Made by a program: the position numbers and the translations under genes. Of a stretch of 64,000 nt of DNA, positions 9,064-18,260 are shown one piece after another. The first letter of the stretch is position 1. Each line of letters begins with the position of its first letter. Source of the stretch: Myxococcota bacterium. Its GTDB lineage: Bacteria; Myxococcota_A; Polyangia; Polyangiales; Sandaracinaceae. Location of the stretch: contig JAYZQJ010000204.1 of assembly GCA_036149055.1 (NCBI GenBank), positions 1-64,000 of the forward strand, given 5' to 3'. The notes below the pieces were generated by a model. It was given only the letters and a program-made list of their open reading frames with translations, ran no database searches and had not been told where the DNA came from.

Positions 9064-10124
9064 TGAGTTGGATCGGCAGCATCTGGGGCAAGACCCCGCC
9101 AGCGAACCAGAACGACGCGCCCGCGGCGGCGCCCGAGCTCGAGCCCGAGCGCTCGGGTGAGGTGGAGGTCCCCTCCGGGCTCCGCCTCGGCGGGCTCGCG
9201 CGGTCCGCGGTCGACCTGGTCCGGTCGCGCGTCGTGAACGCGGTCGAGACCTCCGAGCGCGAGATCCTCGCGGTCGGGGAGTGTCTGCAGGACCTGATGA
9301 CGCAGGCGCAGAAGCAGTCGTCGATCCTCCGGCACATGGAGGGCGACATCGGCGACGGCAGCGCGATGAGCGGCGCGCTCCAGCGGCAGAAGGACACCGT
9401 GCAGCGCTTCGTCGAGGGGCTCGTCTCCCGCGCCTCGGAGCAGCAAGCTCTCGCGCAGGCGGCCCACGAGCGCACCCAGCGCATCGGCGAGGCGGGGCAC
9501 CGGATCCAGAACATCGCCACCCACTCGCGGCTCCTGAGCTTCAACGCGCAGATGGAGGCGGCGCGCCTCGGCTCGAAGGGCCGCGCCTTCCAGGTGATCG
9601 CCAAGGAGATCCGCGAGCTCGCCGCCGAGGTCGAGAAGACCAACGCGCTGATCGCCGAGCTCGCCGACGACGTCGCGATGCACATGCCGAAGCTCGACGA
9701 GTCGGCCGGCGCGCTGCGCGAGGAGGCCGAGCGCTTCCGGGTGGCGGTCGACGACGGCCTCCGCGAGGTCGACGCGGCGCAGGCCAGCGTGCGGGACCGC
9801 TTCTCCGCGTCGCTCCGGGACAGCGAGGCGCAGGCCGCCCAGACGGTGCGCTCCTCGAGCGACGCGCTCTCGCACCTGCAGTTCCAGGACCCGACCAGCC
9901 AGGCGATGCGCCAGGCCCTCGTCGTCCTCGATCACATGGCCGAGGCGCTCGAGGACGGCGAGCCCGAGGGGCTCGAGCGGGCGCTCCGAGACGGTCGAGC
10001 GAAGATGGATCTGCCGGCGCTGAGCCGCGATCCCTTGGCCGGAGCCGCCTACGCGGCGCCGGAGGAGATGCCGGAGGGAGAGGGAGAGGCCCCCCTGGCG
10101 AGCGGCGAGGTCCTCCTCTTCTAG
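9060..10124 (+). CDS. Soluble methyl-accepting chemotaxis-like protein with a C-terminal CheZ-like FQDxxxQ motif
   Basis: Hairpin-tip motif LLSFNAQMEAARLGSKGRAFQVIAKEIRELA; no TM segments; LQFQDPTSQ; ends GEVLLF; overlaps the kinase stop codon. Confidence 0.8.
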   Translation: MMSWIGSIWGKTPPANQNDAPAAAPELEPERSGEVEVPSGLRLGGLARSAVDLVRSRVVNAVETSEREILAVGECLQDLMTQAQKQSSILRHMEGDIGDGSAMSGALQRQKDTVQRFVEGLVSRASEQQALAQAAHERTQRIGEAGHRIQNIATHSRLLSFNAQMEAARLGSKGRAFQVIAKEIRELAAEVEKTNALIAELADDVAMHMPKLDESAGALREEAERFRVAVDDGLREVDAAQASVRDRFSASLRDSEAQAAQTVRSSSDALSHLQFQDPTSQAMRQALVVLDHMAEALEDGEPEGLERALRDGRAKMDLPALSRDPLAGAAYAAPEEMPEGEGEAPLASGEVLLF

Positions 10125-10136
10125 AAGGTCGGAAGT

Positions 10137-10499
10137 ATGAGCAAGAAGATCCTCATCGTGGACGACTCGGCGACGGTCCGGCAGCAGGTGAGCATGGCGC
10201 TCTCGGGGGCCGGCTTCGCGATCCTCGAGGCGGTCGACGGCGTCGACGGTGCCTCCAAGCTGACGAGCGACGGCTCGATCGGCCTGGTGATCTGCGACGT
10301 CAACATGCCGCGCATGAACGGCCTCGAGATGCTCGAGAAGGTGCGCGGGGAGGGCGTCGGCGTGCCGGTCCTGATGCTGACCACCGAGGGGGACCCGGCC
10401 CTCGTCGCGCGGGCGAAGAGCGCGGGCGCGAAGGGCTGGATCGTGAAGCCGTTCAACCCGGTGGCGCTCGTCGCGGCGGCCAAGAAGCTCTGCGCCTGA
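10137..10499 (+). CDS. CheY-like single-domain response regulator
   Basis: ILIVDDS, phospho-acceptor CDVNMPRMNG, MLTT, WIVKPF; 120 aa. Confidence 0.93.
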   Translation: MSKKILIVDDSATVRQQVSMALSGAGFAILEAVDGVDGASKLTSDGSIGLVICDVNMPRMNGLEMLEKVRGEGVGVPVLMLTTEGDPALVARAKSAGAKGWIVKPFNPVALVAAAKKLCA

Positions 10500-10500
10500 A

Positions 10501-10527
10501 CCTCCCCCGATCTGCTAGAGGGGGAGG
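10501..10527 (+). promoter_or_regulatory. Intergenic hairpin (cctccccc / gggggagg)
   Basis: 8-bp perfect inverted repeat at 10501-10508 and 10520-10527 plus inner tct/aga; no U-tract; abuts the next ATG. Confidence 0.4.
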
Positions 10528-12612
10528 ATGCGCCGCTCCCCGCTCTGGGTCTCCCTGCTGCTCCTCCTCGCCTGCGACGGCGCCGAGCCTCCCGCCGCCG
10601 GGGGCGAGGTCACGCTCGCGGACGGCACCCGCGTGGTCGTCGCCGACGAGACCGGCGCGGTCTCGCTCTTCGCCGGCGATCGGCCGCTCTGGTCGACGCC
10701 GGGCGGCGCCATCGCGCGCACCTTCACCGAGCGGGTCAGCGGCGAGCTGGCCATCTGGACCTTCCGGCGCGGCTCCGAGGAGGCCCGCGCCTACGACCGC
10801 TTCCTCGGCTGGCGGGAGGAGGGCGGCGCCGCGGTCGTCGAGCACGGCCTCGCCGACGGGGAGGGCACGGCCACGCTCCGGGTGGCGCCCGGCGAGCGCG
10901 CGGACACCACGGTCGTGACGCTCTCGGTCGACGGCGACGCGCCGACCTCGCTCGCCGTCCCGGTGCGCTGCGACGAGGGCGGCAGCTTCCACGGCTTCGG
11001 CGAGCAGTATCAGGCCACCGAGCAGACCGGCGAGGCGTTCGACCTCATCGTGACCGAGCAGGGGATCGGCCGCGAGGGCGGCGGCCTGCGCGACATCTCG
11101 GGCGACGCGCACACCACCTACTTCCCGATGCCGTACTACCTCGACGCCCGCGGCTTCGGCGTGCTCGTGCGCACCGACCACCGCGTGGCCGTCGACGTCT
11201 GCGCGAGCGACGAAGAGCGCGCCTGGCTCGAGGTGATCGACGGCGCCCCCCTCGAGCTGGTCGTCTTCCACGGGCCGACGCCGCTGGACGTCATCGCGCA
11301 GCTCGGCGAGGAGGTCGGCCGCCCCGCGCCTCCGCCCCGCTGGGCCTTCGACGGCGCGTGGATCAGCAGTCAGGGCGGGCGCGACGCCGTGCTCGCCGAC
11401 GTCGCCGCGCTCGAGGCGGAGGCCATCCCGGTCAGCGCGATCTGGTCGCAGGACTGGACGGGGGTGCGCATGAACATCGGCGGCGGCTTCGGCGTGCAGT
11501 ACCGATGGAACGCCGACCCCGCGCACTACCCCGACCTCGGCGGGATGATCACCGACCTCCACGACCGCGGCCTCCGCTTCCTCGCCTACGCCAACCCCTT
11601 CGTCGACCCCGACCTCGACGACCACTTCCCCGAGATGCGCGACATGGGCTGGCTGATCGAGGCGCCCGAAGGCGGCGCGTACGTCTTCAACGCGCCGAAC
11701 GAGCGGAGCAGCCACCCCGACCTCACCGAGCCCGCGGCCCGCGCCTACGTGCAGGCGGAGCTCGAGGGCATGGTGGGCGAGCTCGGCATCGACGGCTGGA
11801 TGGCCGACTTCGGCGAGTGGACCCCGCTCGACGCGGTCATGGACGACGGCAGCGACCCGGCCGCCTACCACAACCGGTTCCCCGTCGACTGGCACTGCAC
11901 GAACCGAGCGGCGATGGACGCGGCCCGCCCGGACGGCGACTGGGTGCTCTTCGCCCGCAGCGGATGGACCGGCGCGCAGCGCTGCTCGATGATCCACTGG
12001 GTCGGCGACCAGGAGGCCACCTGGTCCGAGACCGACGGGCTGCCGACGGTCGTGCCCGCGATGATCAACCTCGGCCTCGCCGGCGTGCCCTACGTGACCC
12101 ACGACATCGCGGGCTTCAGCGGAGGCCCCAGCACGCGCGAGCTCTACATGCGCTGGACCGAGCTGGGCGCGTTCACCCCGATCATGCGCACCCACGAGGG
12201 CAACCGGCGCGACGTCAACCACAACTGGGACACCGACGCCGAGACGATCGCGCACTTCCGCCGCTTCGCCCGGGTCCACGCCGCGCTCGCCGACGACATG
12301 ATGACCTGGAGCGAGGAGGCGCAGCGGACCGGCGCGCCGCTCGTGCGCCATCTGCTGCTCGAGTTCCCGGAGGACCGCGAGGCGTGGCGGGTCCACGACC
12401 AGTACATGCTCGGCGACGCGCTCCTCGTCGCCCCGGTGGTCGAGCGCGGCGCGACCGAGCGCGCGGTCTACCTGCCGGCGGGCGCGACGTGGTTCCACGT
12501 CTGGACGGGGGAGCCCCACGAGGGCGGCCAGACCGTCACCGTGGACGCGCCCCTCGGCGAGCCCCCGGTCTTCCACCGGGACGCGGACCGCGACGATCTG
12601 CGTGCGCTATAG
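10528..12612 (+). CDS. Glycoside hydrolase family 31 lipoprotein (YihQ-like)
   Basis: Lipobox LLAC; GFGEQY, WSQDW, nucleophile motif GWMADFGEW, acid/base WVGDQ, HDIAGF, MRTHEG, DQYMLGDALLVAPV. Confidence 0.88.
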   Translation: MRRSPLWVSLLLLLACDGAEPPAAGGEVTLADGTRVVVADETGAVSLFAGDRPLWSTPGGAIARTFTERVSGELAIWTFRRGSEEARAYDRFLGWREEGGAAVVEHGLADGEGTATLRVAPGERADTTVVTLSVDGDAPTSLAVPVRCDEGGSFHGFGEQYQATEQTGEAFDLIVTEQGIGREGGGLRDISGDAHTTYFPMPYYLDARGFGVLVRTDHRVAVDVCASDEERAWLEVIDGAPLELVVFHGPTPLDVIAQLGEEVGRPAPPPRWAFDGAWISSQGGRDAVLADVAALEAEAIPVSAIWSQDWTGVRMNIGGGFGVQYRWNADPAHYPDLGGMITDLHDRGLRFLAYANPFVDPDLDDHFPEMRDMGWLIEAPEGGAYVFNAPNERSSHPDLTEPAARAYVQAELEGMVGELGIDGWMADFGEWTPLDAVMDDGSDPAAYHNRFPVDWHCTNRAAMDAARPDGDWVLFARSGWTGAQRCSMIHWVGDQEATWSETDGLPTVVPAMINLGLAGVPYVTHDIAGFSGGPSTRELYMRWTELGAFTPIMRTHEGNRRDVNHNWDTDAETIAHFRRFARVHAALADDMMTWSEEAQRTGAPLVRHLLLEFPEDREAWRVHDQYMLGDALLVAPVVERGATERAVYLPAGATWFHVWTGEPHEGGQTVTVDAPLGEPPVFHRDADRDDLRAL

Positions 12613-12615
12613 TCG

Positions 12616-13098
12616 ATGCCCGTGCCGATACGCGCGCTCGTGTTCGTGCTCGCTGCAGGCTGCGCCGCCGCGCCCCGGCCGGTGGAGCCGATGGGGGAGG
12701 TCACGACCTACCGCGGGCGGGTGGTCGCGGCGCGCGGCCCGACGATGGCCGAGGACGGAGGCCTCTGCGCCATCGAGGTGCAGGCGGCCGACGGGGACTT
12801 CCTCAACTGCCGCATCCGCATCCGCTGCAACGAAGACCTCGTCTACGGGCTGAGCGGCGCGGGGTTCAACAACTGCCGGCGCGACGGCGACACCTTCGTC
12901 TTCGCCCACGACCACAACGGCACCCGGCGCGACGGCGACCCGCGCATGTTCTTCGACCTGCGGGCCGGACGCGTGATCATCAGCGACGACGATCCGGACG
13001 TGGAGGTGCTCATCGATCTGATGACGCCCCCCCGCGGCTACGGCGCCGGCGAGCGCGGAAATCCGAGCCACCGGCTGGCCGCCCCCTCGACACGGTGA
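12616..13098 (+). CDS. Hypothetical lipoprotein
   Basis: Lipobox AAGC; several Cys; GTG 12622 is an alternative start (TATAGT 8 nt upstream). Confidence 0.6.
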   Translation: MPVPIRALVFVLAAGCAAAPRPVEPMGEVTTYRGRVVAARGPTMAEDGGLCAIEVQAADGDFLNCRIRIRCNEDLVYGLSGAGFNNCRRDGDTFVFAHDHNGTRRDGDPRMFFDLRAGRVIISDDDPDVEVLIDLMTPPRGYGAGERGNPSHRLAAPSTR

Positions 13099-13115
13099 AC
13101 ATTATTCAATAGCTT
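13096..13115 (+). promoter_or_regulatory. Putative operator palindrome TGAA-N5-TTCA next to a TAGCTT -10 box
   Basis: AT-rich patch tgaacattattca (13096-13108) followed by TAGCTT (13110-13115) upstream of the gene at 13128. Confidence 0.35.
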
Positions 13116-13127
13116 GTCGTCGCTTCC

Positions 13128-15392
13128 ATGACGCGGCGCATTCAAGGGTTGGCTCTCTCCTTCGTCCTCCTCTCGTGCGAGGGCTCCGTGCCTCGGCCTC
13201 CGCCTCCGGAGCACGACGGCATCTACGGATTCGCGCACGGCTGCTACGCGATCGACGCGACCGATCCGGGGTCGGACGACACGCGCTGGCTCGAGTCGGT
13301 CGAGCGGGTCGAGGGCGAGGAGACGCGCGAGGTCTACACCTTCAGCGCGCGCACGATGGAGGACGGGGCGCGCTTCACGCTGCAGCCGTCGACGCTCGCC
13401 ACCTACATCCTCTACGACGCCGACCGGCGCTACCTGGTCGGGGGCGAGGACGGGCTGGTGCCCCAGGAGGAGGTGCTGAGCGATCTCTTGCTCGCCGACG
13501 ACACCTACCTCCCGGGCGTGCAGTGGGAGCTGTCGGTGTCGGCGCACGACGACGCGCGCTTCCAGCTGCGGCACCTCGCGACCGGGCGCTTCCTCGGGCG
13601 GGACGGCCTGGTCGAGTCGGAGGACGACGCCGCGGTCGTCGCCCTGTACCCGACCGACGGCTGCGAGCCGTACCCGGAGCTGACCGTCGACGCCGAGGGC
13701 ACGCCGACCCGCACGACCTTCGAGGACGGCGACCTCTACGGCATCGTCGACACGCACTCGCACGTCTTCTCGAACTACGCGTTCGGCGGCGGCGGCATCT
13801 TCCACGGCGCGCCGTACCACCCCCTCGGCGTGCCCCACGCGCTGCCGGACTGCGACATCTACCACGGCCGCGAGGGGCGAGCGGATCTCTTCGGCTACGC
13901 CTTCGACAGCTTCGGCGGCGACACCTTCGACTCCGACGCCCTCCTGACCTCGTTCGTCACCGGCCGCACGCCCGAGGCGAACCACGAGACCGCCGGGTGG
14001 CCCACCTTCACCGACTGGCCGAGCGCGCACGACAGCTCGACGCACCAGACGCAGTACTACCGCTGGCTCGAGCGCGCCTGGCTCGGCGGCCTCCGCCTGG
14101 TGGTGCAGCACGCGACGACCAACCAGATCATCTGCGAGCTCCTCGCGGGCAGCGGCACCCAGCCGGTCCGCTACTCGTGCAACGACATGGTCGCCGTCGA
14201 TCGCATCATCGAGGAGACCTACGCGATGGAGCGCTACATCGACGCGCAGTGGGGCGGGCCGGGCGAGGGCTTCTTCCGCATCGTCACCACCCCGGCGCAG
14301 GCGCGCGAGGTCATCGCCGACGGCAAGATGGCGGTCATCCTCGGCATCGAGACGTCCAACGTGTTCGACTGCTTCCTCGGCGGGCGCGAGGGCTACCCGA
14401 CCTGCGACGAGGCCTACGTCATCGAGCAGCTCGACCGCTATCACGAGCTCGGCGTGCGGGTGCTCTTCCCGGTCCACAAGTACGACAACGGGTTCTCCGC
14501 CGGTGACGGCCACAAGTCCTTCATCGAGGTGGGCAACTTCATCAACTCGGGTCACTGGTCGAACTTCACCGAGGACTGCCCCGACGTCCCGACGACCTTC
14601 GACCGCGGCGAGGTCAGCTTCGGGGGCCTGAACATGCCGCGCGACGTGTACGACTCGCCGGCGCCCCACGACTTCTCGGGCTTCGGCGCCAACCCCATCG
14701 GCACCATCGTGCCCTTCATCGACCAGCTGATGTCCCCGGCGCTCGAGGGCGACTGGTGCATGAACGCCGGCCTGACGCCGCTCGGCGAGCGCCTGCTCGA
14801 GGAGATGATGCGGCGGGGCATGATCATCGAGATGGATCACTTCCCGCGCCGCTCCTACCTGCGCGCCTACGAGATGGCCGAGGCCGCCGGCTACCCGGGG
14901 CTCGCGGGGACGCACGGGCTCAACTACGACGGCCGGATCTACGCGCTCGGCGGCGTCTCGAAGGTCGGCCTCGGCCGCTGCGGCGAGGCGGGCGATCCGG
15001 CGGCGATGACCCGGCGGCTCAACGAGCGCGTCGACCTCATCCGCGCCAACGGCGGCTACCCGGCCGAGGGCTTCGGCTTCGACCTCAACGGCTTCGCGGG
15101 CGCGCGCGGCCCGCGGTTCACCGAGGGCGCCTGCCCCGAGCCGCAGGAGAACCCGGTGACCTACCCGTTCCAGTCCATGGCCGGCGACGTGACCTTCACC
15201 GAGCCGCGGGTCGGCGAGCGCACGATCGACTTCAACATGGAGGGCTTCGCGCACATCGGCCTGCTGCCCGAGCTGATCGAGGACGCGCGCCGCACCGGCG
15301 CCACCGAGGAGGATCTCGAGCCCCTCTTCCGCTCCGCCGAGGGCTACATCCGCATGTGGGAGGCCGCCGAGGCCCGCGCCGCCGAGATGTGA
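13128..15392 (+). CDS. Amidohydrolase / membrane dipeptidase (M19)-like lipoprotein, resembling sphingolipid ceramide N-deacylase homologues
   Basis: Lipobox LLSC; metal HxH motif DTHSH; YYRWLERAWLGGLRL; GIE; MIIEMDH; GFGFDLNG; GFAHIGLLP. Confidence 0.65.
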   Translation: MTRRIQGLALSFVLLSCEGSVPRPPPPEHDGIYGFAHGCYAIDATDPGSDDTRWLESVERVEGEETREVYTFSARTMEDGARFTLQPSTLATYILYDADRRYLVGGEDGLVPQEEVLSDLLLADDTYLPGVQWELSVSAHDDARFQLRHLATGRFLGRDGLVESEDDAAVVALYPTDGCEPYPELTVDAEGTPTRTTFEDGDLYGIVDTHSHVFSNYAFGGGGIFHGAPYHPLGVPHALPDCDIYHGREGRADLFGYAFDSFGGDTFDSDALLTSFVTGRTPEANHETAGWPTFTDWPSAHDSSTHQTQYYRWLERAWLGGLRLVVQHATTNQIICELLAGSGTQPVRYSCNDMVAVDRIIEETYAMERYIDAQWGGPGEGFFRIVTTPAQAREVIADGKMAVILGIETSNVFDCFLGGREGYPTCDEAYVIEQLDRYHELGVRVLFPVHKYDNGFSAGDGHKSFIEVGNFINSGHWSNFTEDCPDVPTTFDRGEVSFGGLNMPRDVYDSPAPHDFSGFGANPIGTIVPFIDQLMSPALEGDWCMNAGLTPLGERLLEEMMRRGMIIEMDHFPRRSYLRAYEMAEAAGYPGLAGTHGLNYDGRIYALGGVSKVGLGRCGEAGDPAAMTRRLNERVDLIRANGGYPAEGFGFDLNGFAGARGPRFTEGACPEPQENPVTYPFQSMAGDVTFTEPRVGERTIDFNMEGFAHIGLLPELIEDARRTGATEEDLEPLFRSAEGYIRMWEAAEARAAEM

Positions 15393-15425
15393 GGAACACC
15401 TGCCCCTCTGGTACGTTGAGTCGCC

Positions 15426-16037
15426 ATGGGGGCAGTCCAATGTGAGCGCTGCGGAAGCGCGGTTCACCCACATGGGGGCGATCGCCCCTTCTGCGAGCGC
15501 TGCGGCGTCTTCGTCGAGGCGCCGAGCTGGTTCGTCACCTCCCGGGCCGACGCGCCGCCGGGGAGCTACCGCGATCAGGCGGGCGAGCCGACCTTCCGGC
15601 TGGAGCATCGCGGCCGCGGCGACCTGAAACCGAAGCTGCGCAAGGCCGCCGGGGTCTGCGTCGGTGTCGTCGGCCTGCTCGGCCTGCTCGCCCTGCTCAC
15701 CGGCGCCCAGGGGATGTGTTTCCTGATCTGGGTGCTCCTGGGGGCGCCGCTCCTCGCCGCCGCGGTGCTGGCGTTCGGAGCCTCCTTCTTCGGGCGCGAC
15801 TCCCGGACCTCGGTGCACATCGCCGACGGGGAGCTGCGCGCCGGCCGGCGAGGCGTGCGCCTCGAAGAGGTGGAGGCGCTGGAGGTGAAGCGCGCGGCCG
15901 GCGGCCGTCACACCCTCTTCGCGCGGACGCCCTCGGGAGAGGTGGCGCTGGTGCCGCACCTCCAGGACGAGCGCACCGCCGAGGAGGTCCGGGTCGCCCT
16001 CGCCGACGAGGTGGAGCGTCGGCGGCGCGCGGGGTGA
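15426..16037 (+). CDS. Hypothetical membrane protein with N-terminal Zn ribbon
   Basis: Two CERC motifs; two TM helices. Confidence 0.65.
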   Translation: MGAVQCERCGSAVHPHGGDRPFCERCGVFVEAPSWFVTSRADAPPGSYRDQAGEPTFRLEHRGRGDLKPKLRKAAGVCVGVVGLLGLLALLTGAQGMCFLIWVLLGAPLLAAAVLAFGASFFGRDSRTSVHIADGELRAGRRGVRLEEVEALEVKRAAGGRHTLFARTPSGEVALVPHLQDERTAEEVRVALADEVERRRRAG

Positions 16038-16059
16038 TCCGCGCGTATGCTGCCCCCCG

Positions 16060-16983
16060 ATGACGTCTGAGCTCGCCGACTCCCTCGAACGCGCGCGCCC
16101 CGAGGACCGGGTGCACATCGACCGGGAGGGCCGCGTGCGCTCCCCGACGCGCTATCGTATGATCGTCGGCGCCTACTGGGGGACCCTCGGGCTGCTGACG
16201 GTGACCGAGGCCTACCTCGGCTATCTCCTCGTCGGCGTGCCGGGGCTCTCGCTCGGCGTGGTGATCGGCGCGGGGCTCGCGTGGCTCGGCAGCCGACACC
16301 TCCTGCTCCGCCGCTCCAGCGAGGCCGCGCTCTCGGGCGAGCTCGACGTGGCCGAGGCCGCGGCGCGCAAGATCGCCGACGGCCGCTTCGTCCCGCGCAA
16401 CCTGCGCGCCCTCGCCCACGGTCGCCTCGCCTTCTGCGCCAGCCTGCGCGAGGACGCCGACAAGACCCTCTACCACACGCGGGAGAGCCTCCGGCTCTGG
16501 GGCAAGAGCCAGAACGTGCTCGCGCGCCTCGCCCGCTACGGCGAGGCCTACGCCCTGACCCGGCTCGGCACCCTCGACACCGCCCGCGACGTGCTCGAGG
16601 GCCTCGGCCCCGAGCCGAGCGGCGAGTTCCTGCAGCTCGCCCACTGGACGACCGAGCACTTCCTGGCGTTCAAGGAGGGCCGACACGACTGGGACGACGA
16701 CGTGCTCCACGCCCGGGCGAAGCGCGCCCTCGCGATCACGTCCGCGGCCCCGCTCCTCGCGCTGCTCGCCTGGGCCTTCGCCGAGCGCGGCGACCACGAC
16801 ATGGCCGAGCTCCTCCTCGAGGAGGCGCGCGATCGCCACCCGGGCGACCTCCTCTCGAAGCGCATGCCGGAGCTGCAGCGCTGGATGGAGGGCGACCGTC
16901 CGCGGGTGCGCGTGGAGGTCGAGGAGGTCGAGGCGGAGCTCGAGCCCTCGCCCGCGGCGAAGAAGAGGCTCAGCGGCCGCTGA
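16060..16983 (+). CDS. Hypothetical membrane protein with TPR-like helical C-terminus
   Basis: Two N-terminal TM segments followed by Ala/Leu-rich helical repeats. Confidence 0.6.
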   Translation: MTSELADSLERARPEDRVHIDREGRVRSPTRYRMIVGAYWGTLGLLTVTEAYLGYLLVGVPGLSLGVVIGAGLAWLGSRHLLLRRSSEAALSGELDVAEAAARKIADGRFVPRNLRALAHGRLAFCASLREDADKTLYHTRESLRLWGKSQNVLARLARYGEAYALTRLGTLDTARDVLEGLGPEPSGEFLQLAHWTTEHFLAFKEGRHDWDDDVLHARAKRALAITSAAPLLALLAWAFAERGDHDMAELLLEEARDRHPGDLLSKRMPELQRWMEGDRPRVRVEVEEVEAELEPSPAAKKRLSGR

Positions 16984-17755
16984 ACTTCGCGTCCCGCCGC
17001 TCCACGAACGAGCGCAGCCCCTCCGCCGCATCTTCGCTGCCCATCAGCGCGCGGGCCTGGTCGAGCAGCGCGGCGGCGGCGGCGTCCGGCCCGTCGTGGG
17101 CGGTGGTCCGCGCGGACGCGAGCGTGGCCCGGACCCCGAGCGGCGCGCGGGACGCGATCGTCTCCGCGATCGCGACCGCCTTGGCCTTCTGCTCCCCCGC
17201 GGGCACCACCTCCTGCACGAGCCCGATGCGGTGCGCCTCCGCGGCGTCGAAGATGTCGCCGGTGAGCAGCCACCGCATCGCGTCGCCCCAGCCGGCGATC
17301 TGCGGCAGCCGGATGGTCGCGCCGCCGAACGGGAAGATGCCGCGGTTGATCTCGATCTGACCGAAGCGAGTGTCGTCCGCCGCGACGCGAATGTCCGCCG
17401 CCAGCGACAGCTCGATGCCGATGGTCAGGCACCAGCCCTGCACGGCCATGACCAGCGGCTTCTGCCGCACCCGACCGTGCAGCCCGAGCGGGTCGACCGC
17501 GTCCTCCGGGAAGAGCGGCGCGCCGTCCTTCACCGCCGGCCCCACCTCGGCGAGATCGAGCCCCGCCGTGAAGTGCTCGCCCTCGGCGAAGAGCACCGCG
17601 CACCGCGCGTCGTCGTCGTCCTCGTAGGCCGTGAGCGCCTCGGCGAGCTCGCGCAGCATGCGCAGATCGAACGCGTTGCGCTTGTCGGCCCGGTCGAGCC
17701 CGATGAGGTGGAGGTGACCCGTCTGCTCGACGGTGACGCGGGGTCGATCGCTCAT
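16970..17755 (-). CDS. Crotonase / enoyl-CoA hydratase family protein
   Basis: LDRADKRNAF, FTAGLDL, GIELSLAADIR, EINRGIFPFGGA. Confidence 0.92.
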   Translation of the reverse strand: MSDRPRVTVEQTGHLHLIGLDRADKRNAFDLRMLRELAEALTAYEDDDDARCAVLFAEGEHFTAGLDLAEVGPAVKDGAPLFPEDAVDPLGLHGRVRQKPLVMAVQGWCLTIGIELSLAADIRVAADDTRFGQIEINRGIFPFGGATIRLPQIAGWGDAMRWLLTGDIFDAAEAHRIGLVQEVVPAGEQKAKAVAIAETIASRAPLGVRATLASARTTAHDGPDAAAAALLDQARALMGSEDAAEGLRSFVERRDAKFSGR

Positions 17756-17798
17756 GCCCCCGTTCTCGCACGAACCGAGACGCGATTCACGTCGGGCG

Positions 17799-18260
17799 TC
17801 ACGACTCGGCGCGGACTTTCAGCGCCTCGGCGTGGCGCGCGAAGCCGGCGCGGACGCGGGCGAGGGGGACGAAGCGGGCGAGGGCGCCGCGGAAGGTCTC
17901 CTCGGTGTGGTAGCGGGTCGGGCCGCCGGGAGGCTGCTCGAGGGTCTGCACGCGGGTGGCGCGGACGAGGCCGAGGCGGGCGATCCAGCCGGTGAAGCGG
18001 TAGGCGAGCGCGGCTCGGGTGACGTCGCCCTGCGCGGCGGGGGCGTCGACCTGGACGACGCGCTCGGGCGAGGCGAAGGCGCCGCCGTCCTCCCAGCGCA
18101 CGTGCAGCACGATGTCGTCGCCCACCGCGAGCGTCGGGCGCGGCGCGTCGACGCGGACGATGAACGGGTTCCAGGCGCCGTAGCCCGGGGCGTCGACCAT
18201 CGCCGCCCAGACCCGCTCGATCGGCGCGTCGATCGTGATCGAGGACTCGGCGCGGATCAC
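17799..18260 (-). CDS. SRPBCC/START-like (polyketide cyclase) domain protein
   Basis: ITIDAPIERVWAAMVD..YGAWNPF; GTG start overlaps the upstream TGA. Confidence 0.8.
   Translation of the reverse strand: MIRAESSITIDAPIERVWAAMVDAPGYGAWNPFIVRVDAPRPTLAVGDDIVLHVRWEDGGAFASPERVVQVDAPAAQGDVTRAALAYRFTGWIARLGLVRATRVQTLEQPPGGPTRYHTEETFRGALARFVPLARVRAGFARHAEALKVRAES

Noticed and set aside
10528..12612. Naming the GH31 yihQ (sulfoquinovosidase)
   Set aside because: Sulfonate-binding residues appear substituted, the protein is exported, and no sulfoglycolysis genes are nearby
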